Origin: Vulcanimicrobiota bacterium
Lineage (GTDB): Bacteria > Vulcanimicrobiota > Vulcanimicrobiia > Vulcanimicrobiales > Vulcanimicrobiaceae
Direction of reading: 5' to 3'
Length of the DNA stretch: 64,000 nt
Assembly: GCA_963733295.1 (NCBI GenBank)
Contig: CAVTCS010000003.1
Span: forward strand, 576,001-640,000
Made by a program: the position numbers and the translations under genes. Positions within the stretch are counted from its first letter, which is position 1, and each line of letters begins with the position of its first letter. Shown one piece after another: positions 38,785-49,189 of the stretch. Below the pieces are notes generated by a model. The model worked only from the letters and a program-made list of their open reading frames with translations. It had not been told where the DNA came from and did no database searches.

Positions 38785-39265
38785 CGTCGCGCGCATCCTC
38801 GTGTCGCTCGTTCTGCTCGCTCTTACGTACCTTACCTCGCGTCTGCGACGCGGGGGCAGCGATCGAGGCCCGGCGCAGCCGGCGCGAACGCTGCGCGGCA
38901 TCCGTGGAGCGACGACCGTGGCCGAGGACACGCAAGCGGCGATTCTAGAAGCGACCGAGGAATTGGTACGCGAGATCGTCGCTGCCAACGGGCTCGCCTC
39001 GGAGGACGTGGCCTCGGCGCTCTTCACGGTGACGCCGGACCTGAGCGCCGAATTTCCGGCCGCCGCCGCACGGCGTATGGGTTGGACGCTCGTCCCCTTA
39101 TTGAACTTTACCGAGATCGGTGTCCCCGGACGGCTGCCGCGTTGCATTCGCGTGTTGATTCACGTCAATACCGAAAAGGCGCAAGCCGAAATGGTCCACG
39201 TGTATTTACGCGAAGCAGTCTCGCTTCGCCCCGACCTCGTTAGCCGGAGTACGACCCCGCAATGA
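38777..39265 (+). CDS. aroH: AroH-type chorismate mutase with N-terminal hydrophobic extension
   Basis: [25 protein letters not shown]....E..VPG.L.RCIR, HVYL..A..LRPD. Confidence 0.92.
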   Translation: MSNVARILVSLVLLALTYLTSRLRRGGSDRGPAQPARTLRGIRGATTVAEDTQAAILEATEELVREIVAANGLASEDVASALFTVTPDLSAEFPAAAARRMGWTLVPLLNFTEIGVPGRLPRCIRVLIHVNTEKAQAEMVHVYLREAVSLRPDLVSRSTTPQ

Positions 39266-40305
39266 TCATCGTGATGCGTCCGCACGCGCTGGACGAAGAG
39301 ATTCAAGCGGTCCAAGCGAGCATCGCATCGCTCGAATTGACCGCGCACGTGAGTCGCGGGACCGAGCGCACGATCGTCGGCGTCATCGGGGCACCCGACG
39401 ACAAAGACGCGCTGCGCGCGCTGTTCGTGCAGCTGGACGGCGTCGAGCAAGTCATCCTGATCTCTCGTGCGTACAAGCTCGTCAGCCGCGAAGCCAAACC
39501 CGAACCGACCATCGTGCGAGTGCGCGACGGCGTGAGCTTCGGAGGCCAAACGCTCGCGATTGCCGCAGGGCCGTGCAGTATCGAGTCGCGCGAGCAAGTC
39601 GGCAGCACGGCGCAAGCGGTTGCGGCGGCCGGCGCGAATCTGCTGCGAGGCGGAGCGTTCAAGCCGCGCACCTCACCGTATGCCTTTCAAGGACTCGGTC
39701 AAGCGGGACTCGAGTACATGCGAGAGGCCGCCGATCGCAACGGCTTGGCGGTGGTTACCGAGGTTCTCGATCCGCGCGACGTGGAACTGGTCGCCGCGCA
39801 TGCCGATATGCTGCAAATCGGGGCGCGCAACATGCAGAATTTCACGCTGTTGCGCGAAGTCGGATATGCGCGTAAGCCGGTGCTGCTCAAGCGCGGCATC
39901 TCCGCGACGATCGATGAATGGTTGATGGCCGCCGAGTACATCTTTGCCGCTGGGACTCACGACGTCGTCCTGTGCGAGCGCGGGATCCGTTCGTACGACG
40001 CGCACACGCGCAATCTGCTCGATCTGGCGGCGGTTCCGGTGTTGCGAACGCTGACACACTTGCCGGTCATCGTCGATCCGTCGCACGCGACCGGCGTGCG
40101 CGGTTTGGTCTTGCCGATGAGCCTGGCGGCGGTTGCGGCCGGTGCCGACGGACTCATCGTCGAGGTGCACCCTTCCCCGGCGACGGCCAAGTCGGACGGC
40201 GCCCAATCCTTGACGCTGCCGGCTTTCGCCGAGCTGACCGCACGCCTCGGGCCCGTGGCTCAGGCCGTCGGCCGGAGGCTCCCGGCGCCGGCCGTTGTCG
40301 TCTAG
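39262..40305 (+). CDS. aroF: DAHP synthase type I-beta with N-terminal regulatory domain
   Basis: [57 protein letters not shown]. Confidence 0.96.
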   Translation: MIIVMRPHALDEEIQAVQASIASLELTAHVSRGTERTIVGVIGAPDDKDALRALFVQLDGVEQVILISRAYKLVSREAKPEPTIVRVRDGVSFGGQTLAIAAGPCSIESREQVGSTAQAVAAAGANLLRGGAFKPRTSPYAFQGLGQAGLEYMREAADRNGLAVVTEVLDPRDVELVAAHADMLQIGARNMQNFTLLREVGYARKPVLLKRGISATIDEWLMAAEYIFAAGTHDVVLCERGIRSYDAHTRNLLDLAAVPVLRTLTHLPVIVDPSHATGVRGLVLPMSLAAVAAGADGLIVEVHPSPATAKSDGAQSLTLPAFAELTARLGPVAQAVGRRLPAPAVVV

Positions 40306-41170
40306 CGCCGCGACAGGACACCGGCCGTCCGGGTTTCGAACGGTCGGCATCCTCGGCACCGGCCTGATCGGAACGTCGATCGGGCTGCGGGCTCGTGCCG
40401 CCGGCGCGCGCACGATCGGTTATGACGAACGGCCCGAACACGGCGAGCAGGCTCGCGCCATCGGCGCGCTCGATCGCGTGGCGCCGGCGCGGGACGAATG
40501 TTTCGAGGCCGACGTTCTCGTGCTCGCGACGCCGCTGGAAGCGACCCTCGAACTGCTCGCGGAATTGCGCCGGACTGTCCCGCCGGCGAGGCTCGTGCTG
40601 GACGTGTGCTCGGTAAAAGTTCCCGTGGCGAGCGCAGGACGCGGACTCGCCGCGTTCGTGCCGTCGCATCCCATGGCCGGTTCCGAACGGAGCGGACCGC
40701 AAGCTGCCCGGGGCGATCTTTTCGAGGGTCGCGTCTGGATGCACGCACCCGGCGACGAGCCCGTCATCGCTGCGATCCGTGCCTTCATTCTCTGGATGGG
40801 AGCGTGCCCGCTCCCTCTCGATCCGGCCGATCACGACCGGATCGTGGCCTTGACTTCGCACCTACCGCAGCTGCTCTCGCTGGCGCTGGCCGGGCGCCTG
40901 GGAGACCGGCTGGATGAAACGGGGGTGGCGGAACTGTGTGGCCCGGGCATGCGTTCGATGCTGAGGTTGGCCGGATCGTCGTGGGCCGTTTGGCGCGGCG
41001 TGCTCGCCGCCAACGGCGAGGCCGTGGCGCAGGAAGTGCGCGGCTTGACCGCCATACTCACGGAGTTCGCGCGCGTGCTCGAGGCCGGCGAAGAGGAAGC
41101 GCTTGCGCCGGCTTTCGACGAAGCGGCCATTGCGGTCCAACGCTTAAACGAAGTTTCGGAGACGAGATGA
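40295..41170 (+). CDS. tyrA: Prephenate/arogenate dehydrogenase
   Basis: G.GLIG.S, D.CSVK, HPMAGSE.SG, HD..VA.TSHLPQ. Confidence 0.93.
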   Translation: MSSSAATGHRPSGFRTVGILGTGLIGTSIGLRARAAGARTIGYDERPEHGEQARAIGALDRVAPARDECFEADVLVLATPLEATLELLAELRRTVPPARLVLDVCSVKVPVASAGRGLAAFVPSHPMAGSERSGPQAARGDLFEGRVWMHAPGDEPVIAAIRAFILWMGACPLPLDPADHDRIVALTSHLPQLLSLALAGRLGDRLDETGVAELCGPGMRSMLRLAGSSWAVWRGVLAANGEAVAQEVRGLTAILTEFARVLEAGEEEALAPAFDEAAIAVQRLNEVSETR

Positions 41171-42507
41171 TGCAACACAAAGGCGGGATCAGGCAACTTG
41201 CGTTCGTGGCGGCCGCCCTCGCAGCGGTGCCGGGAGTCGCCCTCGCCCAAAGCGCGGCGCCCACGGTCGCTCCGCAATTCGGATACCTGCCTCCGAAGAT
41301 CGTCAAGCGCGGCAGCGCTTCTTCGATTCCCGCCGGCAGCGGCACGGTGACCGTCAAAGTGTTCGTCAAAAAGGATGGCACCGCGCAAGTTCAAAGCATC
41401 ATCAAGTCCAGCAATCACGAACTCGACGCGGCGGCCCTCGAAATCGCCAAGACCTCGACGTATCGTGCCGCGACCAACAACCACAAACCGGTCGACGCGT
41501 TCTATGACTACACGCTGCGCTTCTCCGGCGGGAGTGCCTCGGAGCAAGCCGTCGCGCCGGCGGGGCTCGAAGGCTACGAGCACATGATCGTCGGCAGCCC
41601 GCCGAATTACGCCGGCGCGAAGAGCGGTCTGGAATCGTATCTCGAGGCGCATCCGGGCGACCCAACCGCGTTGACATACTTGGGACTGGCGGACTATTTT
41701 CTCGAGGACTACGACGGCGCGACCGACGCCTTCGAAAAGGTCGGCGACAAGTTGCTGCCGACGTACAAGACGGTAGCCGCTTCGGCCTACGCGCAAGCCG
41801 CCATCAAACAGTCGGGTGCCAAGAACTACGACCGGAGCATCGCGCTCGCGAAGCAGGCCGTAGATCTGGCGCCCTCTTACGCGAACTACAACGCGCTCGG
41901 CTTGACGCAGTTTTATGCCGGTCGCTACCCCGATGCGATAAGCGCTCTCGAAAAGGCGCGTTCGCTGGCCGAGAGTGCCAACGCACCGAACGAGAAGCGT
42001 TCGGACATCGAGGTGAACTTGGTTTCGGCGTACCTCGGTGCGGGACAAGCCGAACAAGCCAAGGCGAGCGCGGCCGCGGCCGTCCGCCTGAACCCCAAGT
42101 CCTCCACCGCCGTCGATATGGCCGTTGAAAACTACTATAACGAGCAGGCGCAAGCGAACTTCAAGCTTCAGAAATACGCGGAGGCCGCCAATTCGTTCGA
42201 GCAAGGGGCTGCCGCCGCGCCGTCTGCGGCCGGGCCACTCTACGCGCAGGCCGCGATCGCATACCTTAAGATGCAACCCACAGCGGACTACGCCAAGGCG
42301 CAGGCCGCTGCCGAGAAATCGCTCGCGCTCGACGCGAACAACGACCTGGCGAACTATGCCGAGGGATTGGCCTTGGCGGGTCTGGGGAAGAAAGCCGACG
42401 CGCTCACCTATTTGAACAAGGCCAGCGCGGCTGCCAAGGCGGCCGGGGACACTGTGGTGGTGAACGCGGTCGAGACTGCGATCAAGCAGCTGAACGCGAC
42501 CAAATGA
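41167..42507 (+). CDS. Secreted protein: TonB C-terminal domain followed by TPR repeats
   Basis: Signal peptide ALA-Q; G.V.VKV.V..DG......I.KSS...LD.AAL..A...Y..A; then multiple TPR helices. Confidence 0.8.
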   Translation: MMQHKGGIRQLAFVAAALAAVPGVALAQSAAPTVAPQFGYLPPKIVKRGSASSIPAGSGTVTVKVFVKKDGTAQVQSIIKSSNHELDAAALEIAKTSTYRAATNNHKPVDAFYDYTLRFSGGSASEQAVAPAGLEGYEHMIVGSPPNYAGAKSGLESYLEAHPGDPTALTYLGLADYFLEDYDGATDAFEKVGDKLLPTYKTVAASAYAQAAIKQSGAKNYDRSIALAKQAVDLAPSYANYNALGLTQFYAGRYPDAISALEKARSLAESANAPNEKRSDIEVNLVSAYLGAGQAEQAKASAAAAVRLNPKSSTAVDMAVENYYNEQAQANFKLQKYAEAANSFEQGAAAAPSAAGPLYAQAAIAYLKMQPTADYAKAQAAAEKSLALDANNDLANYAEGLALAGLGKKADALTYLNKASAAAKAAGDTVVVNAVETAIKQLNATK

Positions 42508-42605
42508 ACAAGCGCGAGGAGAAAGACCGGAGCAAGGGAAATAGGCAGTCCTCGCGACGGGGCTCTCGGCGTCGCTTCAATTTTTTGTCCTGCGGAGTTT
42601 GATGC

Positions 42606-43298
42606 GTGGATTTGTTTTCGGGATTCATTAACTTCCTCGTAAGAGGTGGGCCGGCGATGATGGCCTTGCTCATCTGCTCGGTCGTGGCGGTGGCAATCGT
42701 CATCGAGCGCCTCTGGTTCTTCGCTCAGCAGCATGGGGACAGCAAGACGCTCCTGCGGCAGATCGGAGCCCGGATCCAGGTGGACGACATCCCCGGCGCC
42801 ATACGAGTTTGCAACGAGAACAAGGGGATGCTCCCCAAGATCCTCGAGTTCGGCTTGCTCCGCGGCTCGAAAGGTCGCGCCGACATCACAGATGCGCTCT
42901 CGATAGCGTTAATGGAGCATCTCAACACGCTGGAGCGCAACTTGGGCGTCATCGGGACGATCGCGGTTATCGCGCCGTTCGTCGGTCTATTCGGAACGGT
43001 TTTGGGGATCATTCGCGCCTTCGACGACATCGCGCTGAAAGGCAACTCGACGCCAGCCGTCGTCGCCGCCGGCGTGTCCGAAGCGTTGATCACGACCGCC
43101 GCCGGCCTGTTCGTCGCCGTCCTCGCCGTGATTTTCTTCAACTACTTCAAGACGCGCATCAAGGCGTACAACCAAGAGATGATCGTGGCTGCGAACCAGC
43201 TCGCCGAGATGCTGCACTTCCACAACGTCGGCGAACCGATCCCGACCGACCTCTATACGCCCGTTCCGGCAGCGGCGGCAGTTGGAGCCAAGCCCTAA
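42606..43298 (+). CDS. exbB: MotA/TolQ/ExbB proton channel protein
   Basis: GG..M..L, LER.L..IGTI..IAP..GLFGTV.GII.AF, GVSEAL.TTAAGL. Confidence 0.93.
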   Translation: MDLFSGFINFLVRGGPAMMALLICSVVAVAIVIERLWFFAQQHGDSKTLLRQIGARIQVDDIPGAIRVCNENKGMLPKILEFGLLRGSKGRADITDALSIALMEHLNTLERNLGVIGTIAVIAPFVGLFGTVLGIIRAFDDIALKGNSTPAVVAAGVSEALITTAAGLFVAVLAVIFFNYFKTRIKAYNQEMIVAANQLAEMLHFHNVGEPIPTDLYTPVPAAAAVGAKP

Positions 43299-43301
43299 CA
43301 A

Positions 43302-43715
43302 ATGTCGCTTCTCTCGGCGAAACAGGACGAGGACGTCATGGCCGAGATCAACATCACGCCGTTCACTGACGTGCTCTTGGTCTTGCTGATCATTTTTATG
43401 ATTCTAGCCGCGCTGATTACGCCGCCCGGTTTCCAAAAAGAACTGCCCAACAACAATAACAACGCGCAGACGAACAAAGACGACAAGAAAAAGACGATCG
43501 ACATCGAGGTCAACGACAAGGGCGTCATCTTCGTCGACGCTCAGAGGACCGACCAGAAGGGCATCTACGAAGTGTTGGCTCAGACGGCGGCCAGGCGCGG
43601 AAGGTTACACGTTTCGATCACCGCCGACACCAAGGCGCCATACGGAATCATCATCCGCATCTTGGACGCGGCAAAGCTGGCGAACCTCGACGACGTCGGC
43701 TTCGTGACTTCCTAG
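43302..43715 (+). CDS. exbD: ExbD/TolR family protein
   Basis: EINITPFTDVLLVLLIIF (TM Asp), I.AD...PYG. Confidence 0.93.
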   Translation: MSLLSAKQDEDVMAEINITPFTDVLLVLLIIFMILAALITPPGFQKELPNNNNNAQTNKDDKKKTIDIEVNDKGVIFVDAQRTDQKGIYEVLAQTAARRGRLHVSITADTKAPYGIIIRILDAAKLANLDDVGFVTS

Positions 43716-43728
43716 TGAGAGCACACTA

Positions 43729-44142
43729 ATGGCAGTTTCTGTCGGTCAAGGCGAAGAGGACGTCATGTCGACGATCAACATCACGCCCTTTACGGACGTG
43801 CTGCTGGTCTTGCTGATCATCTTCATCATCCTCGCTTCGGTTACCAAAGAGCCACGGGTTCCCGATGCGAAGAACAAAGACAAGGTCCAAGCCTCGCAGA
43901 TCGTCGTCTACGTGAACGAAAAGAACCAGATCCAGATCGGCTCGCAAGAAGTCAGCATCAGCGACGCCGCGGCTGCGTTCGGGAAGCTCGAGGAGCAAAC
44001 CAACCACAAATTCACGAGCGTCATCATCAAGGCCGATCCGAAAGCCCAGTACGGCACGATTCTGCAAGTCATGGACGCCGCCAAAGGCAAAGACCTGACG
44101 AACTTCGGATTGGCCAATCACATCGAAGGCACGAAGTACTAA
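43729..44142 (+). CDS. exbD: ExbD/TolR family protein, second paralogue
   Basis: INITPFTDVLLVLLIIF, IKAD..A.YG. Confidence 0.93.
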   Translation: MAVSVGQGEEDVMSTINITPFTDVLLVLLIIFIILASVTKEPRVPDAKNKDKVQASQIVVYVNEKNQIQIGSQEVSISDAAAAFGKLEEQTNHKFTSVIIKADPKAQYGTILQVMDAAKGKDLTNFGLANHIEGTKY

Positions 44143-44175
44143 CTTGCGCGCGCCGCGTGATCCCGGGGACGCTCG

Positions 44176-44967
44176 ATGAGTTCGCAGCCGCCGAACCGGA
44201 GCGCCGCAGTGCCGCCGCCGCCGCCACCCGCGCCGCTTCCACTTCCGCGCGCGACCCGCGTGCGGAATTTTCTGGGCTGGGCCTTTCTGATCTCGATCGG
44301 CATCCATCTCGTCGCCGGGCCTTTCCTCGGCCGGTATAAGCCGTACACCGAGCAAGACAAAGAAATCGAAAAAGTTTCGGTCACCAAGAAGATCAAGGTA
44401 GTCGTTCCGACGCCACCACCGCCGACACCGCCGCCGACACCGCCGCCGAAGACCACGCCGCCGCCGAAGCAAGAGACTGCGCCCCCGCAGACCAAGAAGC
44501 TGAAGCTCAACGTCGTCCACACGCACAACAAAGCTGCGGGACCCGCGGAAAACGCCTACGTTGCACCGCCGGTTGGTAACGAGCAAGGCAACCCGAACGG
44601 AAACTCCAACAACGGGCCGGCCGGCCCGGCCGCGGCGGGTACGCCCGCGGGACCACCGCCGCCGACGGCAACACCGAAACCCGCCTGCGCCAACCCGCAC
44701 GTCGACGCAACGGTAACTCGCGCCGTCGAGCCGGACTATCCCGATTTGGCCCGGCAGCAGGGAGCGGTCGGGGTCACGCAAGTCGAGGTCACGTTGACGG
44801 AGACGGGCGCCGTTTCCAACACAAAGGTGTACAAGTCGTCGGGTAATGCGTCTCTCGACAAGGCGGCGCTCACCGCAGCCAATCAGAGTTCGTATTCTCC
44901 CGAGATCGATAACTGTCAGAAAGAAGCGGGTACGTACCTCTTCCGGGCCGAGTTCACGGCGCAATAG
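44176..44967 (+). CDS. tonB: Energy transducer TonB
   Basis: TM with SxxxH (SIGIH), Pro-rich linker, YP..AR..G..G...V, SSG...LD.AAL. Confidence 0.9.
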   Translation: MSSQPPNRSAAVPPPPPPAPLPLPRATRVRNFLGWAFLISIGIHLVAGPFLGRYKPYTEQDKEIEKVSVTKKIKVVVPTPPPPTPPPTPPPKTTPPPKQETAPPQTKKLKLNVVHTHNKAAGPAENAYVAPPVGNEQGNPNGNSNNGPAGPAAAGTPAGPPPPTATPKPACANPHVDATVTRAVEPDYPDLARQQGAVGVTQVEVTLTETGAVSNTKVYKSSGNASLDKAALTAANQSSYSPEIDNCQKEAGTYLFRAEFTAQ

Positions 44968-44998
44968 GGGCGGCCGCCTTGCGGCGGACGCATAGGAG

Positions 44999-45850
44999 AT
45001 GACGTTCGCGCAAGCGCTACTGCTGGCGGTCTTGCAAGGCGCGAGCGAACTCTTTCCGATTTCCAGTCTCGGCCACACGGTGCTGGTGCCGGCGTTGCTT
45101 CGTTGGCGCATCGATCGCAGCGACCCGGGTTTTCTCGCATTCGTCGTCGCGCTGCACTTCGGGACTGCCGTCGCTTTGATCGCGTTCTATCGTCACGATT
45201 GGACGCGGATCGTGAGAGCCTGGTTCGCCAGCGTCGCGCGCGGGCGACTGAGCGATGATGAGTCGGAGAAGATCGCGTGGCTTCTCGTCGCGGGAACGAT
45301 TCCGGTCGCGATTCTCGGCCTGCTTCTCGAGAAACCCGTACGGCAACTTTTCGGCTCGCCGGCCTTGGTCGCAGGTTTCCTCATCGTCAACGCTTTCATC
45401 ATGTTCGCCGGCGAACGGTTGCGGCGCGGCGCCCGCGAGGGCGGCAAACCGCGAGCGCTCGTTTCGCTGACGTGGACCGACGGCGTGAAGGTCGGCGCCT
45501 CGCAAGCGCTCGCGCTGTTCCCAGGAATCTCGCGCTCGGGTTCCTCCATCGTCGGAGGGCTGCTGCTCGGGCTCTCTCACGACGATGCCGCGCGCTTCTC
45601 ATTCTTGCTCGCCACGCCCGCGATCTTCGCGGCATCCGTGCTCGAACTGCCCCGCCTCTTTTCAGCGGCCGCGGCCGGAATGCTCCCCGAGGCGGCGCTC
45701 GGGGCGCTCGTGGCGGGCCTGGTGGCCTATGCCTCAGTCGCCTTTCTGACGCGCTATTTCCATACGAATGATTTGCGTCCGTTCGGATGGTATTGCTTGA
45801 TCTTCGGGGCAGTTTGTCTTACGCTCGCGCTCGCGAAGGTCATCACATGA
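44999..45850 (+). CDS. uppP: Undecaprenyl-diphosphate phosphatase (BacA)
   Basis: QG..ELFPISS.GH, H.GT, PGISRSG, AARFSFLL..P. Confidence 0.95.
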   Translation: MTFAQALLLAVLQGASELFPISSLGHTVLVPALLRWRIDRSDPGFLAFVVALHFGTAVALIAFYRHDWTRIVRAWFASVARGRLSDDESEKIAWLLVAGTIPVAILGLLLEKPVRQLFGSPALVAGFLIVNAFIMFAGERLRRGAREGGKPRALVSLTWTDGVKVGASQALALFPGISRSGSSIVGGLLLGLSHDDAARFSFLLATPAIFAASVLELPRLFSAAAAGMLPEAALGALVAGLVAYASVAFLTRYFHTNDLRPFGWYCLIFGAVCLTLALAKVIT

Positions 45851-46029
45851 AAATTCTCGCCATCCTGCTCGCTGCCGTACTCTTCATCGGCGCGGCAGCA
45901 TACCTGATTCCCGGCAGCCCGCTCGGCTTCCACGTGAAGCACGCCGTGCTCAGCGTCGTGCTCGGCGCGTTGGCGCTCGTTTGGTTGCGCTTCCAAACGA
46001 AGAGCGCGTCTCCGACGAGCGCGCGCTAG
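45847..46029 (+). CDS. Small two-TM membrane protein (60 aa)
   Basis: ATGA overlap with the uppP stop; two hydrophobic helices around PGS..G.H.KH. Confidence 0.7.
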   Translation: MKILAILLAAVLFIGAAAYLIPGSPLGFHVKHAVLSVVLGALALVWLRFQTKSASPTSAR

Positions 46030-46521
46030 TGGGCCGCCCGGTGGCGCCACGCCCCACGCACCTCGCTGGGGACGGGTCGTTGACGATGGTCGACGTCGGC
46101 GCAAAACCGTCGACCGAGCGTTTCGCGCACGCGCGCTCGTTAGTTCGCATGTCCGATCAAACCGAAGACGCGCTGCGCGCTGCGACGCTTCCCAAAGGTG
46201 ACGCGTTCGTAGCCGCGCAGGTCGGCGGGATCATGGCCGCCAAGCAGACCGCGAACTTGATACCGCTCGCGCATCCGTTGCCGCTTTCGAGCGTGGAAGT
46301 TACGTTCGCGTGGATCGAGCCGCGGCGTGTTGCAGATCGATGCGACTGCGCGCACGAGCGCAAAGACCGGCGTGGAGATGGAAGCGATGGTCGCCGCGTC
46401 GGTTGCGGCGCTGGTCGTCTACGATATGACCAAGTCGCTCGAACGCGGGATCGTCGTCGAAAGCGTGCGGCTCATCGAGAAGCGCGGCGGTACGCGCGGG
46501 GACTGGCGGGCGCCGGAATGA
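46029..46521 (+). CDS. moaC: Cyclic pyranopterin monophosphate synthase MoaC; +1 frameshift near 46323
   Basis: THL...G...MVDV..K, KGD, AAK.T..LIPL.HP in one frame; TGVEMEA, YDM.K and K.GG in the next. Confidence 0.9.
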
Positions 46522-47003
46522 GCGCGTACCGCGCCGCAGTGCTGGTCCTCTCGGACCGCGCGGCGGCCGGAACGCGCGCAGACGGTTGCATCCCCGTCGT
46601 CCGCGAAGTTCTCGGTGCCGCCTTCGAAGTTGCGCACGCCCGCGTGCTGCCCGACGAACCCGCGATCCTTCAGGCGGAGCTCATCGAACTGTGCGACGGC
46701 GCCGGGATTCCGCTCGTCTTGACGAGCGGCGGCACCGGACTCGGCCCGCGCGACAAGACGCCGCAGGCGACCGCGGCGATCGTCGATTACGAAGTGCCTG
46801 GTTTCGGCGAGGCGATGCGCGCGGCGTCGCTCGCTCACGTGCCCACCGCGATGCTCTCGCGAGCAATCGCCGGCGTGCGGGGCACGACGCTGATCGTAAA
46901 CCTGCCGGGAAGTCCGCGCGCGGTTCGCGAGACCCTCGGGGTGATCTTGCCGGTTATCCCGCACGCTCTCGACTTGCTTGCCGACACCGTAACGGATGGT
47001 TGA
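46518..47003 (+). CDS. mog: Molybdopterin adenylyltransferase (MogA/MoaB family)
   Basis: SDR...G.R.D, PDE, TSGGTG.GPRD.TP.AT, PGFGE.MR, LSR..AG, NLPGSP; own ATG overlapping the moaC stop. Confidence 0.93.
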   Translation: MSAYRAAVLVLSDRAAAGTRADGCIPVVREVLGAAFEVAHARVLPDEPAILQAELIELCDGAGIPLVLTSGGTGLGPRDKTPQATAAIVDYEVPGFGEAMRAASLAHVPTAMLSRAIAGVRGTTLIVNLPGSPRAVRETLGVILPVIPHALDLLADTVTDG

Positions 47004-48336
47004 GCGAACGATACGTGAACTACGAAGAGGCGTCGAGCTATTTGCGCGGGACGATCAACGAGACCGCCTCGCGTCGTCAGCCGACCCGGCTCGAACGAAT
47101 GCGCCTGCTGCTGCGCGAACTCGGCGATCCGCAAAACGCGTACCCGACGATCCACGTCGGCGGCACCAGCGGAAAGGGTTCGACTGCGACGATGATCGCC
47201 GCGGCGTTCACCGCTTCGGGCTTGCGTGCCGGCTTGCACACCAAGCCGCATCTGAGTTCGATGACCGAACGCGCGCGGATCGACGGCAGCGCGATCGGCG
47301 AAGACGTCTTCGCCGATTTGCTCTCCGAGATGCTGCCGGCAATCGAGCGGACCGTGCGCGTAGAAGGCCGGCCGTCTTACTATGAAACGCTGCTCGCGCT
47401 GGCTTTCGCGCACTTCGCGCGCGAGGCGGTCGACGTGGGCGTGATCGAGGTCGGGATCGGCGGCTCGCTCGACGGCACGAACGTCCTGCTACCCGAGGTT
47501 GCAGTCATCACGAACGTCGGCCTCGATCACACCGAGATTCTGGGCGAGACGAAGGAAGAAATCGCGCGCGACAAAGCCGGAATCGCCAAGCCGGGAGTTC
47601 CGCTCGTTTCCGATGCGACGCGGAGCTCCGCGCGACGTCATTGCCGAGGTCAGCCGCACAGTGGGCGCGCCGTTCTTCGCCGTCCCGGACCTCGTAAAGA
47701 TCGAAGACCGCCCGAGCGAACCTTACGGACAATCCTTCGTCGCGACGACCGAACGGGGCAGTTACGATCTCTCGCTGCCCGATCTTGGGCGGATTTCAGC
47801 GGCGCAACGCCGCGACTGCGATCGCCGCGCTCGAAAAGCTGGCCGACGACTTGCGTCCTTCGATCGAAAGCGTGGAACGCGGCTTCTCGCAGCTCGTGAT
47901 CCCCGGCCGGATGGAGTTCTTTCCGGCCTTTCCGAGCGTCGTCTTCGACGTCGCGCACAACCCCGACAAAGCGCGCGGCCTCGCCGACGCACTGCGCGAG
48001 ACGTTTCCCCAGAAACGCTTCGTCTTCGTGGTCGCGATCGGCGAGAGCAAGGACGCCGCCGGCGTGCTGCAGCCTTGGCTCGAGCTCCCCGCTTCGTTCG
48101 TGTTCACCTCGTTCGAAACGCCGGGTCGCGCATCGATTCGGCCGCTGACGCTGGTCAACGTTGCGCAGAACGTCGGGCGCTCGGCTCGGGCGATCGTGGA
48201 TCCCGTCGATGCGCTCGCGGTCGCACGCCGCAACGCCGACGGTTCCAACATCGTCGTCGTGACGGGCTCGACGTTCGTCGTCGGGCGGTTACGGGATTGG
48301 TGGCTGACGAATGTCGGCGAACGCTCCCGTAACTGA
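47000..48336 (+). CDS. folC: Folylpolyglutamate/dihydrofolate synthase; two +1 frameshifts (~47618 and ~47781)
   Basis: HVGGTSGKGS, T.PHL, EVG.GG.LD.TN, DH...LG and KAGI.K (first frame); central part (second frame); Q..NA..A, PGR.E, D.AHN and TGS (third frame). Confidence 0.9.
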
Positions 48337-49189
48337 AGGCACGCGAGCCGCACTCGAAGTTCGCGGCACTCGCTTCCCATGGGGCGCGCGAACCTACGTC
48401 ATGGGCATCGTCAACGTGACGCCCGATTCGTTTTCCGGCGACGGCCTTTGCGAAGCCGGCGCCGCCGTCGCGCACGCGCTCGCTCAGCTCGAAGCCGGCG
48501 CCGACTTCGTCGACATCGGCGCGGAGTCGACGCGCCCGGGTTCGACTCCGCTCGGTTCCGGCGAAGAGCTGCGGAGGCTCCTGCCGGTGGTGCGCGGCGT
48601 TCGCGAGCGCGCTCCGGGTGCCGTCATCTCGATCGACACATTCAAACCGCAGGTCTTCGCCGCGGCTCGGAAGGCCGGCGGCGACCTGCTCAATTCGGTC
48701 TGGGGTCTCGACGATGCGCTGCTGGAGGAAGCGGCCGCGGCGCCCGTGCCGGTGGTGATCATGCACAACAAACGCGTCGCTCTTTACGAGCGCGACGTTG
48801 TCGACGAGGTCCTCGCGTACCTCGAAAGCCAGGCGGAGCGCGCCGTACGTGCCGGCCTTCGCCCCGAGCACGTCATTCTCGATCCGGGAATCGGATTCGG
48901 AAAATCGGCCGAAGACAACCTCGCGCTGCTCGGTGCACTCGACCGCTTGATCGCGCTCGGCTTTCCGACGCTGCTCGGCACGTCACGGAAGTCGACGCTT
49001 GGAAAGCTGACCGGGAAGCCGGTCGGCGAGCGCGCTTTCGCGACGGCCGCTACCGTTGCGCTCGCGATTGCGTCGGGCATCGACATCGTGCGCGTGCACG
49101 ACGTCGCGGAAATGGCCGACGTCGTCGCCGTCGCAGACGCGATCGTCCGCGGCCGCAGACCCGCGAATTGGCTCGAACCGCCGCCTTGA
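48311..49189 (+). CDS. folP: Dihydropteroate synthase
   Basis: MGIVNVTPDSFSGDG, DIGAESTRPG, SIDT, DPG.GFGK, SRKS, RVHDV. Confidence 0.97.
   Translation: MSANAPVTEGTRAALEVRGTRFPWGARTYVMGIVNVTPDSFSGDGLCEAGAAVAHALAQLEAGADFVDIGAESTRPGSTPLGSGEELRRLLPVVRGVRERAPGAVISIDTFKPQVFAAARKAGGDLLNSVWGLDDALLEEAAAAPVPVVIMHNKRVALYERDVVDEVLAYLESQAERAVRAGLRPEHVILDPGIGFGKSAEDNLALLGALDRLIALGFPTLLGTSRKSTLGKLTGKPVGERAFATAATVALAIASGIDIVRVHDVAEMADVVAVADAIVRGRRPANWLEPPP

Noticed and set aside
42554..42586. GCGACG/CGTCGC hairpin with downstream T-run before exbB as an attenuator or riboswitch
   Set aside because: Only a 6-bp stem with the T-run offset, and no cobalamin/TPP riboswitch or Fur-box consensus seen.
45981..47003. 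Apparent MoaC-MogA fusion
   Set aside because: The MoaC C-terminal motifs (TGVEMEA, YDMTK) are in another frame with their own stop at 46521, and mog has its own overlapping ATG.
47600..47790. Programmed ribosomal frameshifting in folC (also tilS and moaC)
   Set aside because: No slippery heptamer or common signal, and no precedent known to me; assembly error is more parsimonious.
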